The translations under genes were made by a program, and so were the position numbers. Source: an uncultured Chloroflexia bacterium (GTDB taxonomy: Bacteria > Chloroflexota > Limnocylindria > Limnocylindrales > CSP1-4). From it: a stretch of 64,000 nt of DNA. Under the pieces are notes generated by a model. That model worked only from the letters and a program-made list of their open reading frames with translations, searched no databases and was not told where the DNA came from. Below, one piece after another: positions 18,502 through 28,447 of the stretch (the stretch's first letter is position 1; each line of letters begins with the position of its first letter). Location: positions 768,001 to 832,000 of the forward strand of contig CAWEZH010000003.1 in the NCBI GenBank assembly GCA_963813535.1, given 5' to 3'.

Positions 18502-19661
18502 GGCACCCAGTACCCGCCGAACGACAGGACCGCGATGATCGCGAACAAGCCGACCGAGACCATCGGCCAACCTCGCCGTATCGCGATCGATCGTCGGTTG
18601 GCCAGGATCCAGAACAGCGGGAAGCCAGCCATCGTGATCCGCCCGACCGCCTCGAGCGACCCGCTCGAGAGCTCGGCGGCGATGAACAGCACCGGCACAA
18701 GCGCGTACTCGATCGGTATGCGGTCGGTGCGGACGAACACGAGCAGGAAGACCGTGGCGAGCAGCGTCAGCAGCAACGCACCCTGATACGGGCTGAAGCC
18801 GGTCGCGATGGTCTTGCCCGGTTCAGCGCTCCCGATACCGGTGCGCCCCCACGCCTGCTGCGCGTCCAGGAATGCCGTCGTGCTGCCGGTGACGGTCGCG
18901 ATGTAGCCGAGGAAGGCGAGCGCCGCCAGCGGCCCCAGCGCGAGCCACAGCATCGATGGCTTCGGCCGCCAGCCGTCCTGTCGCAGCATCAGGATCGCGA
19001 GCGGGATGATCAGCGCCGCGCCCTGTAGTCGACACGCGACGGTCAGCGCGAAGAACACCCCGGCCCAGGCCCGGTGACCGCGCTCCGCCGCCAGGAAGGT
19101 CGCGAGCATCACCAGGAGGAAGAGACTTTCCGTGTAGGCCATCGCGAACGCCGACGCGAACGGATAGATGACCAGGAGACCGGCCGCCAGCGTCGCCCGG
19201 CGCCGTCCGATATAGCGGGTCCCGAGACGGACCATCAGGCCCATGGCGAGGAGGAACGCGACGTTCGAGACGATGACCGCCACGACCCCGGCGTATGCCG
19301 GGAATGGCGCTGACAGAAGCGCGATCAACGCCGGGTAGAGCGGCGGGAAGGCCACGTTCGTATAGGCACCCGCGACCGGCGCGGCCTGGTACCCGTCCGC
19401 GACGATGCCGAGGTAGTACCAGCCGTCCCAGCTCGTCAGGCTGCGCAGGATGGGGCCGTCGGCTCCCGGCGTGAGGGCCGGGTTGCGGGGGATGAGGTAC
19501 TCGGCCACGACTGCGGCCGCCACGATGACGATCCGCGACGCGATGAAGATCGCGATCAGTCCGGCGTCCAGCCGGAAGTCGGCGGCGAGGGCGCGTCCGG
19601 CCGCGCGCCATCGATCCAGGAGCGGGACGGACGCGGCCGCCGCGATCGTCGGGCTCGACAT
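18498..19661 (-). CDS. PIG-V-like (GT76/Mannosyl_trans2) membrane mannosyltransferase
   Basis: SWDGWYYLGIVADGY, AFPPLYP, AYTESLFL and FLDAQQAWGR motifs. Confidence 0.8.
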   Translation of the reverse strand: MSSPTIAAAASVPLLDRWRAAGRALAADFRLDAGLIAIFIASRIVIVAAAVVAEYLIPRNPALTPGADGPILRSLTSWDGWYYLGIVADGYQAAPVAGAYTNVAFPPLYPALIALLSAPFPAYAGVVAVIVSNVAFLLAMGLMVRLGTRYIGRRRATLAAGLLVIYPFASAFAMAYTESLFLLVMLATFLAAERGHRAWAGVFFALTVACRLQGAALIIPLAILMLRQDGWRPKPSMLWLALGPLAALAFLGYIATVTGSTTAFLDAQQAWGRTGIGSAEPGKTIATGFSPYQGALLLTLLATVFLLVFVRTDRIPIEYALVPVLFIAAELSSGSLEAVGRITMAGFPLFWILANRRSIAIRRGWPMVSVGLFAIIAVLSFGGYWVP

Positions 19662-19775
19662 CTGGGGCAGTCTACGCGGTGCGGCACCGGTGCCCGGATG
19701 CACCGAAGGTCATGGGGTTCCGTGGGACCGGCAGCGCGTGGATGGGCTTGTGCTGTCGGCGTACGCTCCAGCGCG

Positions 19776-20492
19776 ATGGAGTCCGTCCCCACTGTCGCAC
19801 ACACGCCCGTCCTGAGCCGCGTCGCTCGCATCCCGTCGTACGTCCGCGCGATGGTCAGGATGCTGCGGCCGAGTTTCATCACCTTCTTCGGGGTCTGGAT
19901 GCGGCACGCCCGACAGACGCGTGGGTGGCTCAGGATCCCGGATGGCTACCTGCTCTACAGGCTTGCCCGAGACGCGACGTCAAGCGGCGACATCGTCGAG
20001 ATCGGATCTGCATGGGGCAGATCGACCATCTGCCTCGCGGCCGGTTCGCGATCCGTGGACGGAGGTCCGGTCATCGCGATCGACCCCCACACCGGCGACA
20101 CGTGGTTCCTCGAAGAGTCGGGTCTGGATCGGATCGACTCGTTCACGGAGTTCAGCTCCAACATCGCTCGAGCCGGGCTGTCTGACTGGGTCGCCCCGAT
20201 GGTGATGACCTCGGAGGCGGCCGCAGCCGAGTTCCCGGACCGGCCGATCCGACTCCTGTTCATCGACGGTCTCCACACGCTCGAAGGCGTCGAGCAGGAC
20301 ATCGACGACTGGGTTCCGCGCGTCGCTGCAGGTGGCGTCATCGCCTTCGACGACTACGACAACGTGGCCGACGGCGTGGGCGTGCGCGAGGCAGTCGATC
20401 GGCTGCTGGCGTCGGGCTTGGTCGATCCGCACCTGCGTCGGGCGTTCAACCTCGTGTGGACGTATCGCCTGCCCGGACCCGCTAGCGCGTAG
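19776..20492 (+). CDS. Class I SAM methyltransferase (Methyltransf_24-like)
   Basis: IVEIGSAWGRST, AIDPH, LLFIDGLH and GGVIAFDDY motifs. Confidence 0.85.
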   Translation: MESVPTVAHTPVLSRVARIPSYVRAMVRMLRPSFITFFGVWMRHARQTRGWLRIPDGYLLYRLARDATSSGDIVEIGSAWGRSTICLAAGSRSVDGGPVIAIDPHTGDTWFLEESGLDRIDSFTEFSSNIARAGLSDWVAPMVMTSEAAAAEFPDRPIRLLFIDGLHTLEGVEQDIDDWVPRVAAGGVIAFDDYDNVADGVGVREAVDRLLASGLVDPHLRRAFNLVWTYRLPGPASA

Positions 20493-21957
20493 TGGGTGGC
20501 GGGTCCCGCAGGCCGCGCACGGCTGCGGGCAGGGTGCCTTCCAGCCAGACGAGAACCACCATCAACGCCAACAGGCCCATCCGCGACCAGAGCGGTGGTT
20601 CCCAGGCGACAGCGCTGCCGATCGCCAGCGCGAATGTCGCCACGACGATCGCGTAGACCCCGGCACCGAGACCCGGGGGTCGGGGATGCCGGCGTGCGAA
20701 CGCGGCTGCTGCCGCCGCGGCGACGACCTGGCCCATCAGCATCGCTCCAGCCGTCCCGGCAGATCCGTAGGACTGCACCAGGACGAGGTTGGCCACGATC
20801 GCGACGGCGACACCGACGATCGCCGACCATGCGAGCTGGGTCGTGGCGCGAGCCATCGCGATCGGCAGGGTGCTCACGACGTAGAGGCACGCGCCAAGCG
20901 TGGCACCGAGCGCGAGTGCGGCCGCGTGACCAGCCGGTGCGTAGCGGCTTCCACCGATCAGGGCGACGATCTCCGGCAGGAACGCCAGGAGCACGACGAC
21001 AACGAGCGCGATCGCCACGACGATCCGACGTCCCTCGCGAGCGAGCTGCGCCAGCGTCGCGGTCGACGTTCCGAGCCGGTATGCATGCGGCTGCCAGGCC
21101 AGTTGGGTCGCGGCGACGAACAGGCCGGCAAGGGATGCGATCCGGATGCCGATGGACAGGAAGCCTGCCTCGTCGGCGCCACCGACCCCGAGCAGGACGG
21201 ACCGGTTGAAGAAGTCCCCAATGAGCACCGCCGCGACCGCTGGGGCCAGGGGTAGGCCCAGGGCAAGCAATCTCGAGACGGCATCCGTCGACGGCCGGGC
21301 CGAGATCGCGGGACGGACCAGCGCGAGGCCGATGATCGTCGCCAGGCCCCAGCTGATGGCGAGTGCCAGCATCACTGCGGTCGCGTCCTGCCGCCACACG
21401 AGCAGCAATCCGATCGCGATCACGGCGTTCAGGATCAGCGCGGCGCCCTCAAGCAGCCCATAGGCGCGCGCGCGACCCAGCGTCCGGAGCGTCGTCAGCA
21501 CCGCAGCGTGCAGGAGACCGACCAACATGACGACGCCGACCAACGACACGGCCAGCGTGTAGTCGGCCGAGCCGAACAGGGCTGCACTGATGGAGCTCGC
21601 CCCGATGATCAGGAGGATGGCCACGGGTGTCGCGACCGCAGCGATGAACGCGACCCAGCTGCCCAACAATCGCTGCCGGTCCCGAGGCGAGTCGGCATCG
21701 AAGTACAGCCGGGTCACGGCCACGTCGGTCCCGAGCATGAATGCGGCGAGTCCTGCGCTGATGAGGGCGTTCAGGACGTCGAGTCGGCCGAATTCGGCAG
21801 GACTCAGCAGGCGAGCGAAGATCGGAAGCGAGATGAGCGCGACAGCCTTCCCGGCGATCGTCCCCGTGGCGAACCAGACCGTGTCGCGCGAGAGACTCCG
21901 ACCCGCCGGTGGCCGCAATACGCCTTCCTGCACGGGTATGTCGATACCGGGATCCAC
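20482..21957 (-). CDS. Wzx-type oligosaccharide flippase
   Basis: LPIFARLLSPAEFG motif, about 12-14 TM segments, LLALGLPL and AWQP. Start uncertain. Confidence 0.8.
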   Translation of the reverse strand: MDPGIDIPVQEGVLRPPAGRSLSRDTVWFATGTIAGKAVALISLPIFARLLSPAEFGRLDVLNALISAGLAAFMLGTDVAVTRLYFDADSPRDRQRLLGSWVAFIAAVATPVAILLIIGASSISAALFGSADYTLAVSLVGVVMLVGLLHAAVLTTLRTLGRARAYGLLEGAALILNAVIAIGLLLVWRQDATAVMLALAISWGLATIIGLALVRPAISARPSTDAVSRLLALGLPLAPAVAAVLIGDFFNRSVLLGVGGADEAGFLSIGIRIASLAGLFVAATQLAWQPHAYRLGTSTATLAQLAREGRRIVVAIALVVVVLLAFLPEIVALIGGSRYAPAGHAAALALGATLGACLYVVSTLPIAMARATTQLAWSAIVGVAVAIVANLVLVQSYGSAGTAGAMLMGQVVAAAAAAAFARRHPRPPGLGAGVYAIVVATFALAIGSAVAWEPPLWSRMGLLALMVVLVWLEGTLPAAVRGLRDPPPTTR

Positions 21958-22066
21958 GTGGGAATGATGGTCCTCGCGCCTGGGTCCGGTACGGCCCCGA
22001 TGTACCTCGCGGCGGGGGACTCCCAGCCGCGTGGTCGAGCGGCAGCCAAAAGCGTTCAATGTCCCC

Positions 22067-23039
22067 GTGACTAGGATCGATGTCATCGTTCCGCTGCGCG
22101 ACGCCGCGGCGATGCTGCCCGGATGCCTCGACGCCATCCAGGAGCAGTCGCTGCCACCCGGGCGAATCCATCTCGTCGTCGGGCCATCGAGCGATGCCAC
22201 ACCGGCCATCGCGCGCGCTGCGTGGTCCCGCGACCCACGGGTGCTCGTGAGCGAGAACCCGGCCGGTGACCGGGGCTCCGCGCTGAACGTCGCGCTCGAC
22301 CTCCTGGACCCCGAGACCGACGCGGTCGCGATGGTCGATGCGCAGTCCCGCCTTGCGCCGGACTATCTCGAGCGAAGCGCCGCGATCCTCGACCAGACCG
22401 GCGCGGCCGTGGTCGGTGGGCCGATGCGGCCGGTCGGGATGAGCGTGATCGGACGGGCCATCGCCGCCGCCCTCGGATCGCGCGTCGGCGTGGGCGACTC
22501 GGCCTTCCACTTCGACGGGCGCTCGAGCGATGTGGACTCCGTCTACCTTGGTGTCTATCGCCGAACCGTCCTCGATGCGGTCGGCCGGTACGACCCGAGG
22601 TCTGCTGCGCACCGAGGATGACGACATGAATGCGCGCATCCGCGCCACGGGCGGCCGGATCCGCCTGGATCCATCGATCCGCTCGACATACCTCGGCCGC
22701 CAGACGCTGGCCGCCCTCTTCCGCCAATACCACGGCTACGGCTACTGGAAGGTCGCGCTGGCGGCGAAGCGACCCGATGCGATCAGGTGGCGCCATCTCG
22801 CGCCGGCGGCATTCGTCGCCGCGCTGGTCATCGCCGCCATCGTGTCACTGGCGTGGTGGCCGCCGGCACTGCCGGCCCTCGTCGGCCTCTACCTGGCGAC
22901 GCTTCTCGTGGTCGGACTCACGACGACGGACACGCCATTCGTCTCGCGAGTCGTGTTCCCGTTCGCGGTCGCGACGATGCACCTCGGGTACGGCGTCGGA
23001 TCGTGGCAGGCCATCCTCCAGGGCCGGTGGCGCGGGTGA
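22067..23039 (+). pseudogene. GT2 glycosyltransferase (succinoglycan ExoA-like) split by a +1 frameshift
   Basis: ORF 22031-22621 (IDVIVP, MVDAQ, VVGG, VDSVYLGVY) and ORF 22530-23039 (LLRTEDDDMNARIR, RQYHGYGYW) join as YDPGLLRTED if A22598 is removed. Confidence 0.8.
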
Positions 23040-23719
23040 CCGAGGAGCAGCGCATCCGCGACGTCTATCGCTCGTATGAGACCGAGAGACGCGATCGACT
23101 GTGGGACCTGCGTAACCGCGGCTTCGCGCGACTCAGCCAGGACCGTGACATCCGGATCCGGGACCTGGTGGCACGGAGCCTGCCCGGTTCCGGTGGAGCG
23201 CTGCTCGACGTCGGCTGCGGCGATGGCTCACTGATCGCGTCGATCTGCGGCCGATGGCCGGATGTCACGTGCACGGGACTCGACCTGCAGCCCGAACGGA
23301 TCGATGAAGCCCGCGCGACGGTGCCCGACGCGACGTTCGTCGTCGGTTCGGCCGACGCGCTGCCATTCGGCGACGCCGCGTTCGACGTGGTCACCGCCAT
23401 CACCCTGATGAGCTCCCTTCCGAGCGACACGATGGAGGTCGACGCTGCCGAAGAGATCGCCCGGGTCATCCGGCCCGGTGGCTGGCTGATCTGGTTCGAC
23501 CTGCGCTACGACAACCCGACGAATCCAGCTGTCCATGGGATCGACACTCGACGCCTGGATCGGCTGTTCCCCGAATGGACCAAGGAGCTGCGCTCGTCCA
23601 CGGTGATCCCGCCGATCGCCAGGAGACTCGGACCGACGACCCCGGTCCTCTACCCCATCCTTGAGGCGATCCCACCACTGCGCTCACACCTCGTCGGCCG
23701 ACTTCGATGCCCTACCTGA
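23036..23719 (+). CDS. Class I SAM methyltransferase
   Basis: [20 protein letters not shown] and ARVIRPGG motifs; GTGA overlap with the upstream gene. Confidence 0.85.
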   Translation: MTEEQRIRDVYRSYETERRDRLWDLRNRGFARLSQDRDIRIRDLVARSLPGSGGALLDVGCGDGSLIASICGRWPDVTCTGLDLQPERIDEARATVPDATFVVGSADALPFGDAAFDVVTAITLMSSLPSDTMEVDAAEEIARVIRPGGWLIWFDLRYDNPTNPAVHGIDTRRLDRLFPEWTKELRSSTVIPPIARRLGPTTPVLYPILEAIPPLRSHLVGRLRCPT

Positions 23720-24351
23720 TCCAGCGCGCGATCGCGCTCGTCGGACTGATCCTTCTGGGACCGCTGATCCTCGCGCTGGGTCTGGCCGTGAGGATGTCCT
23801 CGCGTGGGCCGGCCTTCCATCGTGCGACCCGCGTGCGTCCGGGCGGCACGTTCACGCTCTTCAAGCTGCGAACGATGCGGGTCGGAGCGGTCGGTTCCGG
23901 TCCTGGCATCACGGCGACTGGCGACCCACGCGTGACACGGCTGGGTCGTCGTCTGCGGAGGACCAAGCTCGACGAGCTGCCGCAGCTGTGGAACGTGGTC
24001 CGCGGCGACATGGCGCTCGTGGGACCGCGGCCCGAGGACCCACGCTACGTCGACCTGGCGGATCCCCTCCATGCCACGGTCTTCGGGGCGCTGCCGGGCA
24101 TCACCGGCCCGACCGCCATCGAATATCGATACGAGGAAACGGTCCTGGCCGATGCCGCCCGGGCGATCGCGAACGGCGACGGCCGTGATCGTCCGACCGA
24201 CGCGGACCTCGACCGCGCGTATCGCGAGGTCATCCTGCCCGCGAAACTGCGGATCGACGCCGGCTACCTCAGCTCGCGGTCGTTCCGTGGAGACCTGCGG
24301 GTGCTGTTGGCGACGGTTGCACCGGGCGCGTCCGCGCCAGCCACGCGATGA
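23707..24351 (+). CDS. Bacterial sugar transferase (PglC/WbaP-type phosphoglycosyl transferase)
   Basis: [38 protein letters not shown] and PGITG motifs. Confidence 0.92.
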   Translation: MPYLIQRAIALVGLILLGPLILALGLAVRMSSRGPAFHRATRVRPGGTFTLFKLRTMRVGAVGSGPGITATGDPRVTRLGRRLRRTKLDELPQLWNVVRGDMALVGPRPEDPRYVDLADPLHATVFGALPGITGPTAIEYRYEETVLADAARAIANGDGRDRPTDADLDRAYREVILPAKLRIDAGYLSSRSFRGDLRVLLATVAPGASAPATR

Positions 24352-25099
24352 GCGGGATGGCGATGAACGGGATGTCCTGCACGCTGTAGTCCAACCCCGG
24401 GAAGGACCCGACGTTGTTGCGAAGCGCGGCGATGTAGTCGAGCAGCATCGGCAACGAGACGACGGCAAGTGCCATGGCAACGACCCACCAACCGCGTGAC
24501 CGGATGTCGAAGAGCGCCAATGGCGCGAGCGAGGGCTTGATCAGGATCAGCGCGCCGGGCCATCGGTAGCGGAGTGCCAGCGCCAGGAAGGCCGCTATCC
24601 ACATGCCGGTATTGCCCCAGACGATGATGCTCTGGGTCCGTGGCCACCACAGCATCAATGCGAGGAACGGCCACACCCACAGGGCAGGGCGCCAGCGGAC
24701 GACGAAGAACGCGATCGTCCCGAGCGGGATCGCCCACCACAGGACGGCCGGCAACCAGACGAACGGCAGGAAGAGGAAGAGCGCGGCCGGCGGATAGAGC
24801 GTATCCACGTTGATCGCGGCTTCGTAGGGACCGGCGAGCTGATGGGCGGCATAGAACTCGCCGCTCGTCAGCCAGCGGTTGGCGACCATCAGGAAGAAGT
24901 CGAGGTCGGCCCCCCATGCGTCGACGATCAGGGGCCATGCGTCGATCCACGAGCGGATCGCCGCGTACAGGACCACGACCGTCGCGGCCAGCACGATCGC
25001 CCGAAAGACCGGTCCGCGCGTCGACAACGGCTGCGGACCGACCCATGTCGATCGCGGCCTTCGCCACGGAAGCGCCCCGAGCGGGCGGCCGACGTGCAT
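24269..25099 (-). CDS. GT87-like membrane glycosyltransferase
   Basis: GADLDFF, LYPPAALFLF, WGNTGMWIA and LIKPSLA motifs. Start uncertain (ATG 25099 or TTG 25027). Confidence 0.65.
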   Translation of the reverse strand: MHVGRPLGALPWRRPRSTWVGPQPLSTRGPVFRAIVLAATVVVLYAAIRSWIDAWPLIVDAWGADLDFFLMVANRWLTSGEFYAAHQLAGPYEAAINVDTLYPPAALFLFLPFVWLPAVLWWAIPLGTIAFFVVRWRPALWVWPFLALMLWWPRTQSIIVWGNTGMWIAAFLALALRYRWPGALILIKPSLAPLALFDIRSRGWWVVAMALAVVSLPMLLDYIAALRNNVGSFPGLDYSVQDIPFIAIPLIAWLARTRPVQPSPTAPAGLHGTTAS

Positions 25100-25256
25100 C
25101 TCCACCCCCAGTCCTGCGGGCCCTCGACAACGCCATTCCACAGCGCTCGACTGACCGCCAAGGTAGCAGGGCCTCCCGATGGCCGACCACGGCCCGTCGG
25201 TGGCATGACCTTCGGGCAGGTGCTTCGACGCAACGGTCGCCCCTAGACTGGCCGCC

Positions 25257-27221
25257 ATGCCCGCGCTGGGCGGCGTTCGCGGCCGTCACCTGTTCGTCAT
25301 CGACCTCATCGTCATCGGGCTCTCGATCGTGGGCTCGATGGTGCTGCGATTTGATTCGCTGCGGTTCGCCGAAGAGGCGCTCATCTATTTCCCCGCGGCG
25401 CTCTTCCCGTTCGTCGTGCGACCGCCGATCAACGTCATCGGCGGGCTCTATGCGCGAGCGTGGGCCTACGCCAGCGTCGGTGAGCTGTTCCGCGTGGCAG
25501 TCGTCGTCCTGGCGGGCTCGATCGCCGGGATCGTCTTCTTCTACGGCGTCCTCGTCCCGCTCGGCGTGCCGGGCACGACGACCCCCCTCGGTCATTTCCC
25601 ACGCTCGTTCTTCATCCTCGAGGGCCTGCTCACCCTGGCCGGGATGGGTGGCGCGCGGTTCCTGGTCCGGGCATCGACGGAGTGGAAGGGCTGGCGGCCC
25701 GGTGATCCCGATCGGCGCCGCAGGAAGGCCGACGCCGGGGCGGTCGGACCGATGCCCACGCTCGTCTACGGTGCGGGTGACATCGGCGCGACCGTCCTGC
25801 GAACGGTCGCCGCCGCGAGCGACGGGCTGGGCATGCGCATCGTCGGTCTGCTCGATGACGACGCGCGCAAGCGGAATCAGATCCTCCGCGGACAGAAGGT
25901 GCTCGGCTCACTCGACGACCTCGCCGAGGTCGCGCGAGTCACCGGCGCACGGCGGCTCCTGATCGCCATCCCATCGGCATCAGGTGACGTCGTGCGGCGC
26001 GCCGTGCGCGACGCGACGGAGCTCGGGCTCGAGACCCGGACGGTCCCGTCGCTCGATGAGCTCGTGTCGGGTCGGCTGGGCGCCGCGGCGATCCGCGAGG
26101 TCCAGGTCGACGACCTGCTGCGACGCGAGCCTGTCGTCATCGATGAACCGGGCCTTCGTGACCTCGTCCACGGCGAGACCGTGCTGGTGACCGGCGCGGG
26201 TGGATCGATCGGTTCGGAGCTCGCCCGGCAGGTGTACGACCTCGACCCCGCGGCGCTGATCCTGCTCGACCGCGCCGAGGGACCGCTCTATGACATCGAC
26301 CGCGAGCTGATCCTGCTCGGGGAGCGCGATTCGGGCACCGCCGCCCGTGGCGGACAGGACCGCGCCCGACTGGAGACGCGCCTCGCGAACGTGGCATCGC
26401 TCGACGTGATGCGCAGGGTCATCGCGGACGATCGGCCGGTCATGGTCCTGCACGCCGCGGCGTACAAGCACGTGCCGATGATGGAGCACCACCCAGCCGA
26501 CGCCGTGTACACGAACGTCGGGGGTACGCTCGCGGCGCTCCGCGCCTCACTCGACGGCGGGGTCGAGCGCTTCGTCCTCGTCTCGACCGACAAGGCGGTG
26601 GAGCCGTCCTCGGTGATGGGTGCGACGAAGCGGCTGGCCGAGGTCGCCGTCGCTGCGGCAGCTCGCCAGTCGGGTCGACGCTTCGTGTCGGTCCGGTTCG
26701 GGAACGTCCTCGGGTCGTCGGGCAGCGTCGTCCCGCTGTTCCAGCGCCAACTTCGCGAAGGCGTGCCGCTGACCATCACCGACGCCGAGATGACTCGCTA
26801 TTTCATGACCATCCCGGAGGCGTCCCGGCTGATCCTCCAGGCGTCGCTGTTCGGCGGCGCCGGGGACCTGTTCGTGCTCGACATGGGCGAACCGGTCCGG
26901 ATCGTCGACCTGGCGCGAGACCTTGCCCGGCTCGCGGGCCGCGATCCCGACTCGGTCCCGTTCCGCTATATCGGCCTGCGGCCGGGCGAGAAGCTCCACG
27001 AGTCGCTCTTCTACGACGTCGAGGCGATCGAAGCCACCGCCCATCCCAAGGTGCTCCGGGTCCGCCGTGCCGACGACGTCGCCATCGACCCAGCCGTGGT
27101 GTTCGGCGCGCTCGACGAACTGGTGGCGATCGGGGCGAGCGGCGATCATGCGGCCAGCCGAGCGGCGCTCCAGGACGCCCTCGCCCGCCTCGACCCGGCT
27201 CCCGCGCGGGCGACCGCGTGA
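25257..27221 (+). CDS. Membrane-anchored UDP-GlcNAc 4,6-dehydratase (PglF/CapD family)
   Basis: N-terminal TMs; YGAG, VTGAGGSIGSEL, HAAAYKHVP, STDKAV, MGATKR, RFGNVLGSSGSV and GLRPGEKLHE motifs. Confidence 0.93.
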   Translation: MPALGGVRGRHLFVIDLIVIGLSIVGSMVLRFDSLRFAEEALIYFPAALFPFVVRPPINVIGGLYARAWAYASVGELFRVAVVVLAGSIAGIVFFYGVLVPLGVPGTTTPLGHFPRSFFILEGLLTLAGMGGARFLVRASTEWKGWRPGDPDRRRRKADAGAVGPMPTLVYGAGDIGATVLRTVAAASDGLGMRIVGLLDDDARKRNQILRGQKVLGSLDDLAEVARVTGARRLLIAIPSASGDVVRRAVRDATELGLETRTVPSLDELVSGRLGAAAIREVQVDDLLRREPVVIDEPGLRDLVHGETVLVTGAGGSIGSELARQVYDLDPAALILLDRAEGPLYDIDRELILLGERDSGTAARGGQDRARLETRLANVASLDVMRRVIADDRPVMVLHAAAYKHVPMMEHHPADAVYTNVGGTLAALRASLDGGVERFVLVSTDKAVEPSSVMGATKRLAEVAVAAAARQSGRRFVSVRFGNVLGSSGSVVPLFQRQLREGVPLTITDAEMTRYFMTIPEASRLILQASLFGGAGDLFVLDMGEPVRIVDLARDLARLAGRDPDSVPFRYIGLRPGEKLHESLFYDVEAIEATAHPKVLRVRRADDVAIDPAVVFGALDELVAIGASGDHAASRAALQDALARLDPAPARATA

Positions 27222-28438
27222 GCGACGACCGGATCCCGTTCCACCGACCCAGCCTCGGCGGCGCGGAGCGCGACGCCGCGATCGAGGTCCTCGACTCTGG
27301 CTGGCTGACGACGGGCGCGCGCGCTGCGGCCTTCGAGGAGGCCTTCGCAACATTCGTCGGTGTCGAGCATGCCGTCGCCGTGAACAGCGCCACCGCCGCG
27401 TTGCACCTGGCCCTCGAAGGGCTCGGGATCGGCGAAGGCGACGAGGTGATCGTGCCGACGTACACGTTCGCGGCGTCTGCCGAAGTGGCGCTCTACCTGC
27501 GCGCGACCCCGGTCTTGGTCGACGTGGATCCGCGCACCGCCAACGTGACGGCGTCGGCCGTGCAGGACGCGATCACCGACGAGACCGGCGCGATCGAGGT
27601 CGTCCACATCGGCGGCCTGCCCGCGGACCTTCGCGGCGTCCTGGACGTGGCAGACGACATCCCGATCGTCGAGGACACGGCCCACGCGTTTCCCTCGGCG
27701 ATCGCCGCGTTCGACGGACGCTTCGCGGGGACGATCGGCCGCGCCGGGGCGTTCAGCTTCTATGCCACCAAGACGATCACGACCGGCGAAGGCGGGATGC
27801 TGGCCACCGACGACGCCGCGCTGGCCGATCGAGCACGCACGATGCGACTCCACGGCATCGGCCGCGATGCGTGGAAGCGGTACACGGCGTCTGGCTCGTG
27901 GTACTACGAGATCGAGGCACCGGGCTTCAAGGACAACCTCACCGATATCGCGGCCGCGATCGGGCTGGTCCAGCTCGACCGCGCTGCAGAGCTCCGCGCC
28001 AGTCGAGCGACGATCGCGCGCGCATACCTCGAGGGTCTCGCGCCGCTCGCCGATGCCGGCCGATTGATGCTCCCCGCTGGAGCCGACGATCCCGCGCACG
28101 CCTGGCACCTCTTCGTCATCCGTCTCGGACCTGAGGCGCATGGTGACGGCGCTGTCGATACGGACCTGCCAGGTGTCGCTGGTCTGCCCACCCCGCTCCA
28201 GGGAACCGCGTCACGCCGGGCACGCGCGATCGATGCGCTCGGAGCGGCGGGCATCGGGGTCAGCGTCCACTTCATCCCGCTCCACCTCCACCCGCTGTAT
28301 CAGCGGATGGGGTACCGGCCGGGCCAGTTCCCGCATGCCGAGGCGGCCTACGCCGGGGCGATCAGCCTGCCGATCTGGCCCGGTATGACGGAGACGCAGA
28401 TCGAACGGGTCGTCGCGGCGGTGACGGCGGCGGTCTGA
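27218..28438 (+). CDS. DegT/DnrJ/EryC1/StrS sugar aminotransferase (PglE-like)
   Basis: SGWLTTG, NSATAALHL, EDTAHA, FSFYATKTITTGEGG and ISLPIWP motifs. Confidence 0.93.
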   Translation: MSDDRIPFHRPSLGGAERDAAIEVLDSGWLTTGARAAAFEEAFATFVGVEHAVAVNSATAALHLALEGLGIGEGDEVIVPTYTFAASAEVALYLRATPVLVDVDPRTANVTASAVQDAITDETGAIEVVHIGGLPADLRGVLDVADDIPIVEDTAHAFPSAIAAFDGRFAGTIGRAGAFSFYATKTITTGEGGMLATDDAALADRARTMRLHGIGRDAWKRYTASGSWYYEIEAPGFKDNLTDIAAAIGLVQLDRAAELRASRATIARAYLEGLAPLADAGRLMLPAGADDPAHAWHLFVIRLGPEAHGDGAVDTDLPGVAGLPTPLQGTASRRARAIDALGAAGIGVSVHFIPLHLHPLYQRMGYRPGQFPHAEAAYAGAISLPIWPGMTETQIERVVAAVTAAV

Positions 28439-28447
28439 TCGGCCCCG

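Noticed and set aside
28125-28225. Roughly 25-aa insertion in the DegT aminotransferase
   Set aside because: A low-complexity loop with no intein or other signature.
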